Assembly: GCA_963849325.1 (NCBI GenBank)
Contig: CAWKHF010000002.1
Location: forward strand, 768,001-832,000
DNA: 64,000 nucleotides
Direction of reading: 5' to 3'
Source of the DNA: an uncultured Planctomycetota bacterium
Lineage (GTDB): Bacteria; Planctomycetota; Planctomycetia; Gemmatales; Gemmataceae
The notes beneath the pieces are model-generated. The model saw nothing but the letters and a program-made list of their open reading frames with translations. It ran no database searches and had not been told where the DNA came from. Every line of letters starts with the position of its first letter. Within the stretch, counting starts at the first letter, position 1. Of this stretch, positions 48,523-62,183 are shown one piece after another. The position numbers and the translations under genes were made by a program.

Positions 48523-49212
48523 TCAGGTGCCGCGCTGTCGGCCGGCGCGCTCGAACAATCGTTGCAAGGGGAGGACGAAACCGGGCAGCACGTCGCCGCC
48601 TTCCAGAGAGCCGTCGGGGCCGATCTCCTGGAACGTATCGGGGCTGGTGTACGCGCGGGCGGACTGCGTCTTCGGGTAGATTTCCCAGACCAAGCGTGCG
48701 CCGCCCTGGAAATACTCGCCGCGCTTGCCCTCCATTTCGCGGCGGGTATTGCTGGTGCTGAGCACCTCGACAGCCAGATCGGGGACCAGATCCGCAATCG
48801 GCTCGGCAGGCAGTTCGCGGTCGGGTAGCCGCTCCCAGGAAACGAAGGAGACATCGGGCAGGCGCACTCGGCCCGGCACGATCCGCAGCATGGCATCGCC
48901 GGGATAGCAGATGCCTCGATCGTGTTCTTCCAGGTAATCCTCGATGAAGTGAAAAATCAGGCCGCCAAGACGAGCTTCATACTGTCCCACGGCTTTCTCC
49001 ACCAGAGTGCCATCGACCAGTTCGCACAGCCGTTTGCGCGGCGCTGCTTCCGCCGCGATCACGTCTTGCTCCGTGGCGGTGCCGGGATAGGGTTTCATAC
49101 GAACCCGCTGCGGCGGAATGTCGCCCAGCCGTTCGAGCAAGTCGGCCACCGTTTCCAAATTAGCGATGGCAGGGTCCATCGTGACGCTGGAAGACGTTAG
49201 GGTTGGAGGCAC
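48523..49212 (-). CDS. Uma2 (DUF820) family putative endonuclease
   Basis: CELVDGTLVEK, RLPDVSFV, PDLAVEVLS and YFQGGARLVW. Confidence 0.9.
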   Translation of the reverse strand: MPPTLTSSSVTMDPAIANLETVADLLERLGDIPPQRVRMKPYPGTATEQDVIAAEAAPRKRLCELVDGTLVEKAVGQYEARLGGLIFHFIEDYLEEHDRGICYPGDAMLRIVPGRVRLPDVSFVSWERLPDRELPAEPIADLVPDLAVEVLSTSNTRREMEGKRGEYFQGGARLVWEIYPKTQSARAYTSPDTFQEIGPDGSLEGGDVLPGFVLPLQRLFERAGRQRGT

Positions 49213-49224
49213 GTGCGATTCCTT

Positions 49225-50898
<1,674 letters not shown>

Positions 50899-51153
50899 GC
50901 CACCCTTCGTCTTCGTTTCCATCCGCCCTCGATCCCGCACCGAGGGAAACGTTGTTAGCCTACCGAAGCCGGCGCGGGAGGTCAAACCACGTCCGGGCGG
51001 TCTTTCTCCGACATCCGTGACGCTGTATACAGGATGTACTCGCCGAGAGCGTTTCCGGTTGCAGGAATGGCGAGCGGTACTTTCGCGGCCGGAGGGGAGA
51101 AAAGTCATTGGCCGGACAGGGAACGAAAAGGCATCTGGAGACTTTTCCTATCC

Positions 51154-51176
51154 GAAAAGGTTCCTGACACCTTTTC
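51154..51176. repeat. Short palindrome GAAAAGGT-TCCTGAC-ACCTTTTC with degenerate neighbours
   Basis: Related GAAAAGG...CTTTTC unit at 51125-51147, downstream of the kinase stop. Confidence 0.5.
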
Positions 51177-51235
51177 CCCTTCCCACCTTTTCCCCTTCCG
51201 AGGCCCGAGGGAGGAGAAGGTCTCTCGAATAAAAT

Positions 51236-53886
51236 CTAAGCCTGGACACTTATCGAGCCGCAGAGTCTGCCTCCTCCTCCTCCATATTTTTTCACATGTG
51301 CCATGCCTGTACCCTCAAACGTCTTCCATTCAGTACTGACAATGATCGTGTAATCCGAAAGCGCCACTAAAGTTTTGTCGTCAACCCTGTAGCCCCCGAG
51401 ACTCAAACAATCGAGTTCGAGGGTTCCCTCAACAAATTCAACACAAGAATCCCCGACTCTGTTTGCCCAGGGTAACGCTGGTGGACATTCCACCAACCGC
51501 CAACGAATTCGTCCTCGCGCACGTTTTCCTTCGACCTCCAGGGCCGACTGTAGCTCCCAGAGGTCTCCTTTGTCTCCATACCATCGGCCTGTCAATTCGA
51601 TTTTTCGGGCTGGACAGCTTGAGGACGGGGGCACGACCGGAAGATGCGGGGGAGGAGGGGGCGGCGGCAGCGGCGGTTGCTTGAGGCCAAGTCCGGGGAT
51701 GGAGCCAGCCTGCATCCACGAGCCGAGATGAGTTGTCCAAACCATGTCGGCGTATCCAATCTTACCCGTTTGGGCACAGTTCACCAACTCCGCGAATGAG
51801 ACGGGGCCGGTCTGCTTCCCATCCCGGCTATAGTACCACGGCTCCGTCGGTGGCGGCGGGGGTAGCGGTGGAGATACGCGCAGTCTCTCCAACACTTCCG
51901 CGAAGTTCTGCGGTCGGTTCTTTGGATCTTCGTCCAGGCACTTCTCCAGCAGTTCCGCCAGCCCTTGTGGGATGCTCTGCCAGTGTTTCAAGAGCGGTTG
52001 CGTCGTCTGAAACAGGGCGAAGCAACACGTCTTGGCCCAGCCGTATAGGTCGGAGTATGGGCCGACCGGATCGTTTCGCTTCCCCATCTGTTCCGGCGCG
52101 GCGTAGTCGAGTGTACCAAGCACGCTCTCTCCGATGAGCGTCTTCGTCCCTCGGAACATGCTGGCGTTCATGCTTGTCTGCACTACCTTCTGCCGCAGCG
52201 CCAGCCCGAAGTCGATCACCTTGGCTTGCCAATTCGCCCCGTCCTTGCGGACGAGCAAGTTCGCTGGCTTGACATCGCGGTGCAGGATGCCCTTGCCGTG
52301 AGCCGCTTGCAGCCCTTCAGCGACCGGACGCGCCACCGCCAGCACATCGTCCACCGACAGCGCGCCGTGCTTCTTGACGTGTTCCTCCAGCGTGCCGCCC
52401 TCGAAATAGTCCATGACGAGGAACGGACGCGACTTGCTGATCGCGTCCACATAGCCACAATCGGAGATGCGGATGATGGCCGGGTGATCCAGTTGCCGCA
52501 GCAACTGCGCCTCGGAGAACACCTTGTCGGCGTCGCGGCCGAGGTCGTCCAGCATCAGCGTCTTGACGACCACCTGCGCTTCCATGTACTTGTGCTTGCA
52601 CAAAAAGGCGACGCCGAAGCCGCCCGCGCCGAGGATGCGCTGCGGCTGATACTTGCCGACCGGAAATGGAGCGAACCGCTTGGCATCGAGCTTGACGGCT
52701 TTCACGAGTTCCTGAATGGCGGCCGGCCAGTCGCGCCGCTCCAGGCACGCTTGATAGGCGTTGCAATACGCCTCGGCCTGCGCCTTGTTGTCTTCGACCA
52801 GCGTGGCCACGGCGTCGAAGTCCTTGCGGGCGGCGTCGAAGTCGCCGGCCGCGACCTCCAGCTTACCGATGCCGTTGAGCAGGGCGGGCATCTGCCGCCG
52901 CTCCGCGTCGGGCAAAGCACGATAGCGAGCCACCAGTTGCTTGACCAGTTGCCGCTCGTTGTCGTTGCGGATCGACAGACTGTCGCCGGGACGCACTTCA
53001 CGGCGATGCAGCTGGTGCTGCTCCAACAGTTTCTGCACCGCCTGCCCGATCTGTTGGATGTGCCCGCTCTGCCCTTCGATTTGCCTCCGCAAGTCGAGGA
53101 CGGCACTGTGCGTCTCCTCGACGACGGCCCGCACATCGGCCAGCAGTTCTTCCAGGCGTTGCCCTTGCTGCGTCATCGCGGCGGCAAGGGCGGAGAACCC
53201 TTTCTCCTGGGCCTCGCCCAGCCGCTCCAGCTGGGAGAAGGCTAGTCCCTGGAAGAGCTTCGGATCTTCCTCGATCGCTCGACGAAAAAAATACGCGCCC
53301 CGGCCACGAGAACACAATCGCCCTGTCGCGGACGCTGCGACAACAGCCAGGCGAGCCGGGCATAGCCCGCTTCTTTCAGTTCGAGGGCCATGCCATCGAT
53401 AACGCGCCATTCGCCATTCAGAAGACTTTGCGGATCGCTGAAGCGGCCAAAGGCGCCGGTCTGCTCCGCCAACTGCCGAGGCTGGAGAGCGCCGCCCGTC
53501 AGCAGTTTCGCCTTACGCGCCGCGCGCAGCTCCTCCAGGCACTTCTGCCGAAACTCCGGCTCGCCGGATGGTTCGGGCAACGGGTTCGCATCGAGGAAAG
53601 CGCGCACTTGCCGGGCAAACGCCTGGTCTTCCGCCCGCGCCGTCGCTACCTTGCAGCGTTCCCACAGCGACTCGCCGGCAAGGGATAACTCCAGCGCTCG
53701 CCAGGCGCGCTCGTTGGCGACCTGGAGCGCCGCCGTGAGGTGCTGGCTGTGATCGGTGAAACGCTCGTTGAGAATGGCGACGACCGCGAAGGCGGTATCC
53801 TTGGCCTCCTTGACGCCGACCGCCGTGCAAGCTCCGTCAATCGCTTTCCGCAGGGCCAGGCTGGCCAGGCTCAGAGCAAGATTCAG
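51236..53886 (-). CDS. Ser/Thr protein kinase with N-terminal helical/TPR region, GYF_2 (DUF4339) domain and novel C-terminal domain; frameshift near 53300
   Basis: LGAGGFG, VVVK, HRDVKPAN, IDFG and YAAPEQ; WYYSRDGKQTGPVS..L. The upstream frame stays open to CTG 53886. Confidence 0.85.
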
Positions 53887-54021
53887 GGCGACTCTCCCAG
53901 AGGAGTCCGGCTTCAGGGATGCGAGGATGCGCCGAGATGAGACGAGTATAACTCGACCGGTGTCGATTACCAGACGCGGCGGCGTTTTCTTCGCGGCTGG
54001 TTACGTGCGCCGGCCGTATCC

Positions 54022-56359
54022 TCACGGCTTAGGAGCCGCCTCGCCCTCGACCACGTCGGCGGCGTGGGCGTGCTGGATGGCCTCGTCCGTGCTGGTGGGA
54101 TCGACGGCGCGACAGCTTGCTGTCAGTTGTTCGGCCAGGTCGCGCAGGTCCGCCTGCCACTCGGCCGGCGTCGTCTCCGGCGGACATACCTGGGCGAACT
54201 CGCCGCACAGCAGGATCAGCCGCAGCAGATGGCGAAAGATGATGCCCTCCTGTTTGATGAGATCGCGCGTTTGCACGTACAGGTCGAAATTGCCGTTGAA
54301 GCGCAGCAGTTCGCCGGCCGCCCACACCGCCTGCGTCGAGACGTCGAAGACGCCCGGATGCGTGGCGTCGAACAGCAGCCGCAGCTTCTCGGCCAGGGTC
54401 GGCGGCCGTTCCTCTTCTTCCTCGTCGTCCTCTTCCTCGTCGTCCTCCGTTTTCGGCACGGGGGCCAGGATGAGCCCGCGGCGGATCAATTCGGGATCGA
54501 GGCGGTTCATGGCCAGGGGACCGGGTGACAGCTGGTCCGGCGCGGCACGCGGACGTAACGCAGCAGAGGGCGCGGCACCTCCAGCACGCTCTCCATCGCT
54601 TGCAGACGCTCGTTGCGGTCGGCGATGCCGAGTTGCTCGATCAGGAAGGCGCCGTACAGCGGATGCACGCTGCGGAAGACCAGCAGCGTGTCCAGCGCCG
54701 GCGTCGGCACGGCACGGACCACCTGGTATCCCTCGGGCACCTCACGGCGAGCGGAGTGCTCGCCGGCCGCTCCGCCCTCTCCGGTTGCGGCGGAGGGAGC
54801 GGCGGGTCGAGCGTGACGAAGCCGCGTTCGGCCAGCGTCAACACCATGCGATCCAGCGTCTTCTCGCTGGCCTTGATGCGTGCCTCATCCATTAGCCGCT
54901 TGCGGATGACGGTACGGACCCGCGCCACCTCCGGCGACAGTTTCAGGAGATAGGCGAGCAAACGCCACGGCAGCGGTCCCTTGCTGTACAGCTTGCCGGG
55001 CGGAGCGACCTGCAACTGTTGAAACTGGGCCTCGCTCCAGTACACCGCGTTGTCGCGTCGAGTCGGTTTCTTCTTTTTCAGAGCTTTTTTCGCTTTGAGC
55101 AGGCCGGGATCGCGCGTGTCCTCCGGGATGGCGTCGTACTTCTCGCGCCAGCGGAGGATGCGCACGTCGTCCTCATGCGCCAGGGCGAAGACGAAACCGC
55201 GATCGTCGAACTGCGGCCGGCCGGCGCGGCCGAAGATCTGGTGCGCCGTGCTGGCATCGACCAGCTTTTCCTTGCCGTGCGGCCCCTTGACCAGCGTGGT
55301 CAGCACGACCGAGCGAGCCGGCAGGTTGATCCCCGCCGCCAGCGTCTCGGTGCAGACGGCCACGGCCAGCAGCTTCTTCTCGAATAAGTCCTCGACGACG
55401 CGGCGATACTTGGGCAGCAGGCCGGCGTGATGGACGCCGACAGCGCGGCGAAGCATCTGCTTGAGCTTGGGACCGACGCCCTTGGTCCAGTCGAGCTTGT
55501 CCACCACGTCGTTGAGCGGGCCGCGCGTGCCGGGAGCGAACAGGTCCAGACCCTTGAGCATCTCCGCCACGCTCCAGCATTCATCGCGGTTGAAGCAGAA
55601 TACCAGCGCCGGCGTCGTGCGGTTCTCGCCCTGTCCCTTGGCCATGTGGACCAACTGGTCGCCGAGGAACTCGTCGGGTATCCAGCGGAAGGTGAGGGGC
55701 ACCTTGCGTTCCTTGCCCTCAACCAATTCCAGCTTGCGATGATGACAACGCTGGAGCCAGGTCAGAAATTCGGCGGCATTGCCGACCGTCGCCGACAAGA
55801 GCAGCAGACGGATATGGGCCGGCAACAGGGCCAGGGCCAGCTCCCAGACGATGCCGCGCTGCGGATCGGCGAAGTTGTGAAACTCGTCCATGACCACGGC
55901 GGAAACGCGCGTGAAGTCGAACGTTTCGGGACCGAGCGGTACGTCGTCGGGCAGGTCCGGCTCCCGATGGGCGTGCAGGAGGCGGTTGAGCAGGATCTCG
56001 GCGACGACGACGAGGATGCGAGCGTTGGGGTTGACGCGGCGATTGCCGGTGACGAGTCCGACGTCGTCCGCCTGGAAGCCCCAGCGCACGGCCGACGCCT
56101 GCATTTCCTGGAACTTCTGCTCGGTCAGGGCGATGAGCGGCGTCGTGTAATAGGCGACGGTGCCGGTGTGCAGCGCCTCGAACAGCGCCGCCTGGGCGAT
56201 GAGCGTCTTGCCGGTGCCGGTCGGAGCGCAGACGAGCACGCCCTGCTCGGCGGTGAACCAGGCCAGCAACGCCTCTTCCTGCACGGGATACGGCGTGTAC
56301 GGCAGCTGAGCGAGGTAACGCTCGGCTAGTTCGTCGCGCGTCGGTACGTCGGCGGACAT
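54022..56359 (-). CDS. Ski2-like SF2 DEAD/DEAH helicase (DUF3516-type C-terminus); frameshifts near 54740 and 54530
   Basis: [44 protein letters not shown] and [10 protein letters not shown]. Confidence 0.88.
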
Positions 56360-56492
56360 TCGGAATATATGCCTTAAAGAATAAAGTTTATCTCAAACGA
56401 CCTTTTCCGCGCCAACGGCGAATGGCGGCGGCAGGTCTCCGAGGTTATACTAGGAATCGTTGCCCCCTCCAAACATTGAGGGAGATGAAGCC

Positions 56493-56753
56493 ATGACCAC
56501 GACCGCGAGTTGGGTTTCCAAAAAGCCGGATCGCTGTGGCGGAGACGCTTGTGTCCGCGACATCCGTATCCCCGTCTGGGGTTTGGTGAGATACCGCCAG
56601 TTGGGAGCGACGGACGAAGTCATCCTCCGCGCTTACCCCAGCCTGACGTCTGCGGATCTGGAAGTTGCTTTTGCCTACGCTGCCGCTCACCCGGAGGAGA
56701 TCGAGGCCGCCATCCGCGAGAACGAGGAGGGCGAGGAAGGACTGGTGGAGTGA
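56493..56753 (+). CDS. DUF433 antitoxin
   Basis: PDRCGGDACVRDIRIPVW and ILRAYPSLT.ADLEVA.AY. Confidence 0.88.
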   Translation: MTTTASWVSKKPDRCGGDACVRDIRIPVWGLVRYRQLGATDEVILRAYPSLTSADLEVAFAYAAAHPEEIEAAIRENEEGEEGLVE

Positions 56754-56759
56754 AAGCGG

Positions 56760-57092
56760 ATGCAGCTTTACGCGGACGAAGATTTCCCTCTCCCTGCTGT
56801 CGAAATACTTCGCCAATTGGGGCATGACGTGTTGACAGCCCAAGAAGACGGTCGGATGGCGGCTCCCGACCCCGACCTCTTGGCCCGCGCCCACGCTCTG
56901 GGCCGCACCGTGCTGACCCACAATCGCCGGCACTTCGAGCGTTTGCACAGACAGGGACTGGCGCATAGCGGCATTGTATCGGCCAGACAAGACGCCGATT
57001 TTCCCACCTTGGCTGCTCGCATCCACGCCGCCCTGGCGGGCGGCTCACCCGGCCGCTGGTGCATTCGGGTCAACCGGCCACCCGCACCTTGA
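56760..57092 (+). CDS. DUF5615 PIN-like toxin
   Basis: LYADEDFP, LRQLGHDV, VLTHNRRHF and HSGIV. Confidence 0.86.
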   Translation: MQLYADEDFPLPAVEILRQLGHDVLTAQEDGRMAAPDPDLLARAHALGRTVLTHNRRHFERLHRQGLAHSGIVSARQDADFPTLAARIHAALAGGSPGRWCIRVNRPPAP

Positions 57093-57117
57093 TCCTTTGA
57101 TCGCCGTAAAAAAAGTC

Positions 57118-57164
57118 TTGCACTCCGTCTCCGGCTGCGCTAGTGTACTATATGCGTGTGACAC
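57118..57164 (+). promoter_or_regulatory. sigma70 promoter with overlapping YtrA-type operator
   Basis: TTGCAC-N17-TAGTGT; dyad GTGT-N14-ACAC at 57143-57164. Confidence 0.6.
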
Positions 57165-57184
57165 GCAGGAGGACGGACGACCTC

Positions 57185-57559
57185 ATGTGGTTCGACATCC
57201 ACCCGGATTCGGCGATTCCCATCTTCGAGCAGATCGTCGCCCAGGTCATCTTCCACGTCGCCTCGGGCGGTCTGGAGGTGGGCGAGCTGATCCCGAGTGT
57301 GCGCGACCTGGGTATGCGGCTAACCGTTCATCCGAACACGGTGGCGAAGGCCTTCCAGGAGCTGGAACGTCTGGGCGTGGTGACGGCGCGGCGCGGCCGG
57401 GGCATGGAGGTGACGCCGGACGCGCCGAAGATTTGCCAGGCCCGGCGGCGCGACATCGTCGGCAAGCGCATCCGCGAGGCGCTGCGCGAGGCGGTCTCCA
57501 GCGGTCTGACCGGCGCGGAAATCCGTCAGATTGTCGAGTCCGTGGTCCGCATTTCGTAA
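57185..57559 (+). CDS. GntR-family regulator, YtrA subfamily
   Basis: PIFEQI, IPSVRDL, HPNTVAKAFQELE and RRGRG; short C-terminus; heads an ABC operon. Confidence 0.9.
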   Translation: MWFDIHPDSAIPIFEQIVAQVIFHVASGGLEVGELIPSVRDLGMRLTVHPNTVAKAFQELERLGVVTARRGRGMEVTPDAPKICQARRRDIVGKRIREALREAVSSGLTGAEIRQIVESVVRIS

Positions 57560-57580
57560 GAACGGAGGAGAACAAACGCG

Positions 57581-58601
57581 ATGGACACCATCATCGCCAC
57601 GCAGGGGCTGACCAAGCGCTTCGGCGGCAAGACCGTCGTGAACCATCTCGACTTGTCCGTGCCGCGCGGGGCCATCTTCGCCCTGTTGGGTGGCAATGGG
57701 GCCGGCAAGTCCACGACCATCCGCATGTTGACGGGCCTGTTGCCGCCGGACGACGGCTCGGCCGAGGTGCTCGGCGAAGACTGCTGGTCGGCGGCCATCG
57801 AGCTGCGCCATCGCATTGGCTACGTTCCGGAACGGCCGCGCTTCTACGACTGGATGACCGTCGAGCAAATCGGCTGGTTCACGGCCGGCTTCCATCGGCC
57901 CGGGTTCCTGCCGCGCTACGTCGAGCTGATACAGCGCTTCCGCCTCGGCTCGTCGGCCCGGCTGAAAACGCTTTCCAAGGGCGGCTACGCCAAGGTCGGC
58001 TTGGCGCTGGCGTTGGCCTCGGACCCGGAAGTACTCATCCTCGACGAGCCGACTTCTGGTCTCGATCTGTTCATCCGCCGCGAGTTCCTCGCCAGCATGG
58101 TCGAGCTGGCGGGAGCGGGACGGACGATCCTGCTGTCCAGCCACGGCATCGCCGAAGTGGAGCGCGTGGCCAGCCACGCTGGCTTCATGGCCGAGGGCCG
58201 GCTGCTCCTGGCGGCGTCGATTGAGGAGCTGCGCAAGCGCATCGTCGCGCGTTCGGCTGCGTCTGGATGGACCTCCGCCCGAAGGCTCGACGCTGGGCAC
58301 CGTGCTGGAGCACGAGGGGTCCGGGCGGTTGTGGCAGGCGGTGCTGCAAGACCCCAATCGCAACGCCCTGGAAGAACTGCGGAGGCAGGAGGGCATCCTC
58401 GATGTGGAGGAGATGCCGTTGAGCCTCGAAGAGATGTATACCGCTCTGCTAAGTCGCTTTCATCGGCCCGGCGAGGCGCGCGAGACGAGCAACGGCCGAC
58501 CCGCGCCGCCGTTGCCGCCGTCGAGCAAGGTGATGGCTCCTTCCGGCGTGGAATGGCTGCGCGGCCGGGCGGTTCGGGACGAGGAAGGAGAAAAGCCATG
58601 A
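57581..58601 (+). CDS. ABC transporter ATP-binding protein; frameshift near 58250
   Basis: GGNGAGKST, LSKGG, LDEPTSGLD, LSSH and PLSLEEMY. Confidence 0.9.
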
Positions 58602-61600
58602 TCCCAGCAATGGTGTGGAAGGAGTACCGCGAACATCGGGCCGTGTGGCTGGCGTTGGCGGTGGTCAGCGGCGGCGGCACTGTACGGCCTGTCGCGCTGG
58701 CTGAGCGTCGATAACACGATGCCCCACACTTCGCGGCGCGAGGTATTGCAAGGCGTGGCGACGCTGCTGGCCTGGGCGTATGGCATCGTGTGCGGCGCGA
58801 TGCTGTTGGCGGGCGAACGGGAGGAGTCGACCCTCACCTTCCTCGACATGCTGCCCGTTCGCCGCCTGCAACTGTGGGGCCTGAAGGCCGGCATCGGCCT
58901 GGTTCTTGTCGTGGGGCAGGCGGTCGTGCTGATCGGCTTCCTGGCCGGACTGGACATCACCGAGTCCAACGTGGACCGGCGAACGTTCTTCATCGTGCTG
59001 CCGATGTTGTTTGCCGGCTTGCTCGGCCTGTCGTGGGGCCTGCTGTTTTCGTCGCGCGGCGAAAACGTTCTCAACGTCATCGGCCAGGCCATTGGCGCAC
59101 CAGATCGTTTGCGGCTGCTTGACGGGCTTCCTGTCCGTGCCGGTTGCGGCCGTACTGGAGTTGTTCGATTCGGAGAGCCGCGGCGTTCATCTGCCGGTGA
59201 TCCTCGGTGTCCTGACCGTGATCGGCGTGACCGTGGGACCGATCATTGGCTCGGCGCGCATCTTCAGCCGGCCGGATCGACTGCGCGGGTACGACACGCT
59301 GCCCGTTATCCGTCGTCCGCCGGAGACCAGGGCTTGGGTGAGCTGGCTCCGACTTTTGTGGCTGAGCTACACCCAAATGCGCTCGCTCCTGTTGGGCCTA
59401 TCGATCTTCGCCTTGGCGTTGGGCTTTGTCCTGCCCCTGATGGGGCCGGTGGGATGGCCCTTCCTGACGCTGTTTATCGGCGGCCTGTGCGGCGTCACCG
59501 TCTGCGCCGACGAACAGATTCACGGCTCGTTCCGTTTTCTCGGCGATCAGCGCTTCCCCCTGGGCCGCATCTGGATCGTCAAGGTCGGCATGCGCTTCGC
59601 CCTAACCGTGCTCGCCTCGTTCCTGCTTCTGCTGCCGAGCCTGATCCTGGCCATCTTCCGTCAGGAGGAATTGCACGCGACGGCCCAGTCGCGGCCGCCG
59701 TTTTTCGCCGACGCCCTGCATTCGAGCCTGGTCGGCACGGTGGTCCCTGTCGGCCTGCATTTGACGATGTGGCTGCTGTACGGCTTCGCGGTGGGACATC
59801 TGTGTGGCCTGCTGTTCCGCAAAAGTCTGGTGGCGGCGGTGGTGACGCTGGGCACGGCGGCGATGCTGGCCAGCCTGTGGCTGCCGTCGCTGGCCGGCAT
59901 CGGCCTGCACTTCTGGCAGGTCGCCGGCGTGCCGTTGATTGGCCTGGTGACGGCCTGGCTGCTCATGCCGGCCTGGGCGGCGGGCCGGCTGCTGGCCCGA
60001 GGGACGTTCGTGGGACTGGGAGCGGCGTTCGCGGCGGCGACGCTGTGGACGGTAGGCGGAATCTGGTATCGCGTCGTCGAGGTGCCGGACGTGCCCGACC
60101 AATTCGACATGCCGGCGTTCGTGGCCGGCTTGCCGACGCTGGAGGAGAACGAGGCCGGCATGAAGATTCGCGGCGCCTGGAAAGAGGTGGGGTTAGCGGT
60201 CGGCCAGGTCATCTCGGCTCGCGCTCAAAAGCCGTTGTTCCCCAACGCCCCGCCCAAGCCGTTGTTCCCCAACGGCGGCCCGCCCAATGAAGATCCCCTT
60301 TCTTTCCAGACGCAGTTGAACGAGATCCTCCAGCATGGCTGGCCCGGCGGCCAAGTGGAGTTGGGCGACGCCCTGGACGGAGCGTTCGCAGGCAACTGGT
60401 ATGGGCAGCTCGCCGACGCCGCTCGGCAACCGCTCGGCGTGGTCGAAGATCCCCGGCGGCATATGATCGGCACTCGTCTGAGCGCGGAATGGGGCTACGC
60501 GGGTCCGCTCAGCGAGATGCTGGCCGTCCGCGCTCTGCAACGGCAAGCCGGCGGCGACCACCGCGCCTTCGTGGACAACCTGCGCATCGCCCTGGCCCTG
60601 TCGCGCAACTTGCGGAATCACTCCTCCACTCTCGTCGCCCGTTATGGACGAGCGGTCGAGAAGTCCTGGATACCCGCGCTGGACCGCTGGCTGGAGAAAC
60701 TGCCGGGTCATCCCGAACTCCTCAAGGAAGTGCTGGCGCTGCTGGCCCAGCACGAGGCCGAGGCGCCGGACCCGAACGACGCGGTCAAGGCGGCGTACCT
60801 GGAAGCCCAAAACACGCTGGACGTACCCGGTGAGCTGCTCAAGCTGGAGATTGGCCCAACCAGGGGAGAAGATGCCGAGCGCGTTCAGGCGGAGCTGAAC
60901 GTGGCGTCCATCCTGTGGATGTTTCCCTGGGAGCGCGAGCGGCATCGGCGCATCCTGCGCGTCGGCTTCGAGGGCGGCCAAAGCGAACGGATTGAGGCGG
61001 TGAAGTGGGGTGGGATCATCATGCGCGATCTCGTAGGGAATAGGGATCGCCTCGTTCTGCATTCCCCGCGCAACGTCGCCGCCTGGCACGCGGGCCGGCT
61101 CAAGGGCGCCCTGCGTCTGTACCAGGCGGACACCGGCAAACCCGCGGCCACGCTCGGCGTGCTGGTGCCGCGCTATCTGCCGGCCATTCCGGCCGATCCC
61201 TTCGACGGCAAACCATTTCACTATCGTCTGTCTCGGGGAGAGCGCGTCGGCTGGGTGGACGAGCAGCAAGCCGTCCCTCCGGGTGGGAACCCAGGCCCCG
61301 CCGCTGCGGCAGCACCCGGTATGCAGCCACCGGGGCCAATGCCTGGCGGCGCGCCCATGCCCCCTGGCGGGATGATGGGCGGCCAACCTGTACCGCCGGG
61401 AGGAATGCAGGGCGGCCCAGCCATACCAGGAATGCCCGGCGCGATGCCTGGGCCTGGCATGCAAGGCATACCGCCACCGATGCGCCTTATCCCCAAAGGC
61501 CAGGGCATTCTCTGGTCGAGCGGCGAGGATCGCCACGATGACGGCGGCTTGCGGCAGGGGGGCGACCGGCAGTCCGGCACGGTGTTCGGCGAGGACATCC

Positions 61601-61629
61601 TTTACCTGGTCCCCTTGCCCCCTCCATGA
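58598..61629 (+). CDS. Large ABC-2-type permease fused to an extracytoplasmic helical domain; frameshifts near 58678 and 59098
   Basis: MVWKEYRE, two loops GEREESTLTFLDMLP and DEQIHGSFRFLGDQRFP, many TM segments; C-terminal YLPAIPADPFDGKPFHY..[P/G/M-rich]..LWSSGEDRHDDGG. Confidence 0.78.
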
Positions 61630-61686
61630 CACTGTTTGCTGACCTGGGAGGCCGCCGCGAGGGGTGGTACAATAAAGTATGGAGTA

Positions 61687-62088
61687 ATGAGATGTCTAGA
61701 GACCACTGCTGAGATCGAGTCCATGCGACCGCTTTCCTCCTTACCGAAACGCCTGCTCGCCGCCGCCGAGGTGTTCGCTTCGCTGCCGGGTCCGACCCGC
61801 AAGCGCGCTCTCAGTCCGTATTGCTACCGGCTGACCTATCGTAATCCCGATCCCGGCGGACGTGGCTGCGTCCTGCTCTGGGACGTTTATGGCGGACGCG
61901 ACACGTATCAGATTGCCCTGGAACGTGAGCCGGCCGGCGGCTTGCGCTGGCATTGCACCTGCGCCGATGCCGTCTATCGCGGCGAGGACGCGCCGCACGT
62001 CTGCAAACACGTGCGCGGATTGCAAGCGCTCGGCCGTCAACCGCTCGCGCCGACGCCTCCCTCCGAAGCGTGTCCCGGCGCCGCCTGA
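61687..62088 (+). CDS. Small SWIM zinc-finger protein
   Basis: WHCTCADAVYR......CKH (CxC-xn-CxH). Start uncertain (61687 or 61723). Confidence 0.75.
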   Translation: MRCLETTAEIESMRPLSSLPKRLLAAAEVFASLPGPTRKRALSPYCYRLTYRNPDPGGRGCVLLWDVYGGRDTYQIALEREPAGGLRWHCTCADAVYRGEDAPHVCKHVRGLQALGRQPLAPTPPSEACPGAA

Positions 62089-62183
62089 ACGCGAATCCTC
62101 CTTGACTTCCGGCCGGGATCGCGTTTCATGGAGGAACCGGGCGTGCGGTCGAATGCCGCAGACCGGCTCCGGAGAGCGCGTCC

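Noticed and set aside
51022-51040. Second LexA-like box upstream of ettA (TATAC-AGGAT-GTACT)
   Set aside because: The spacer is 5 nt and the half-sites mismatch the 5463 dyad.
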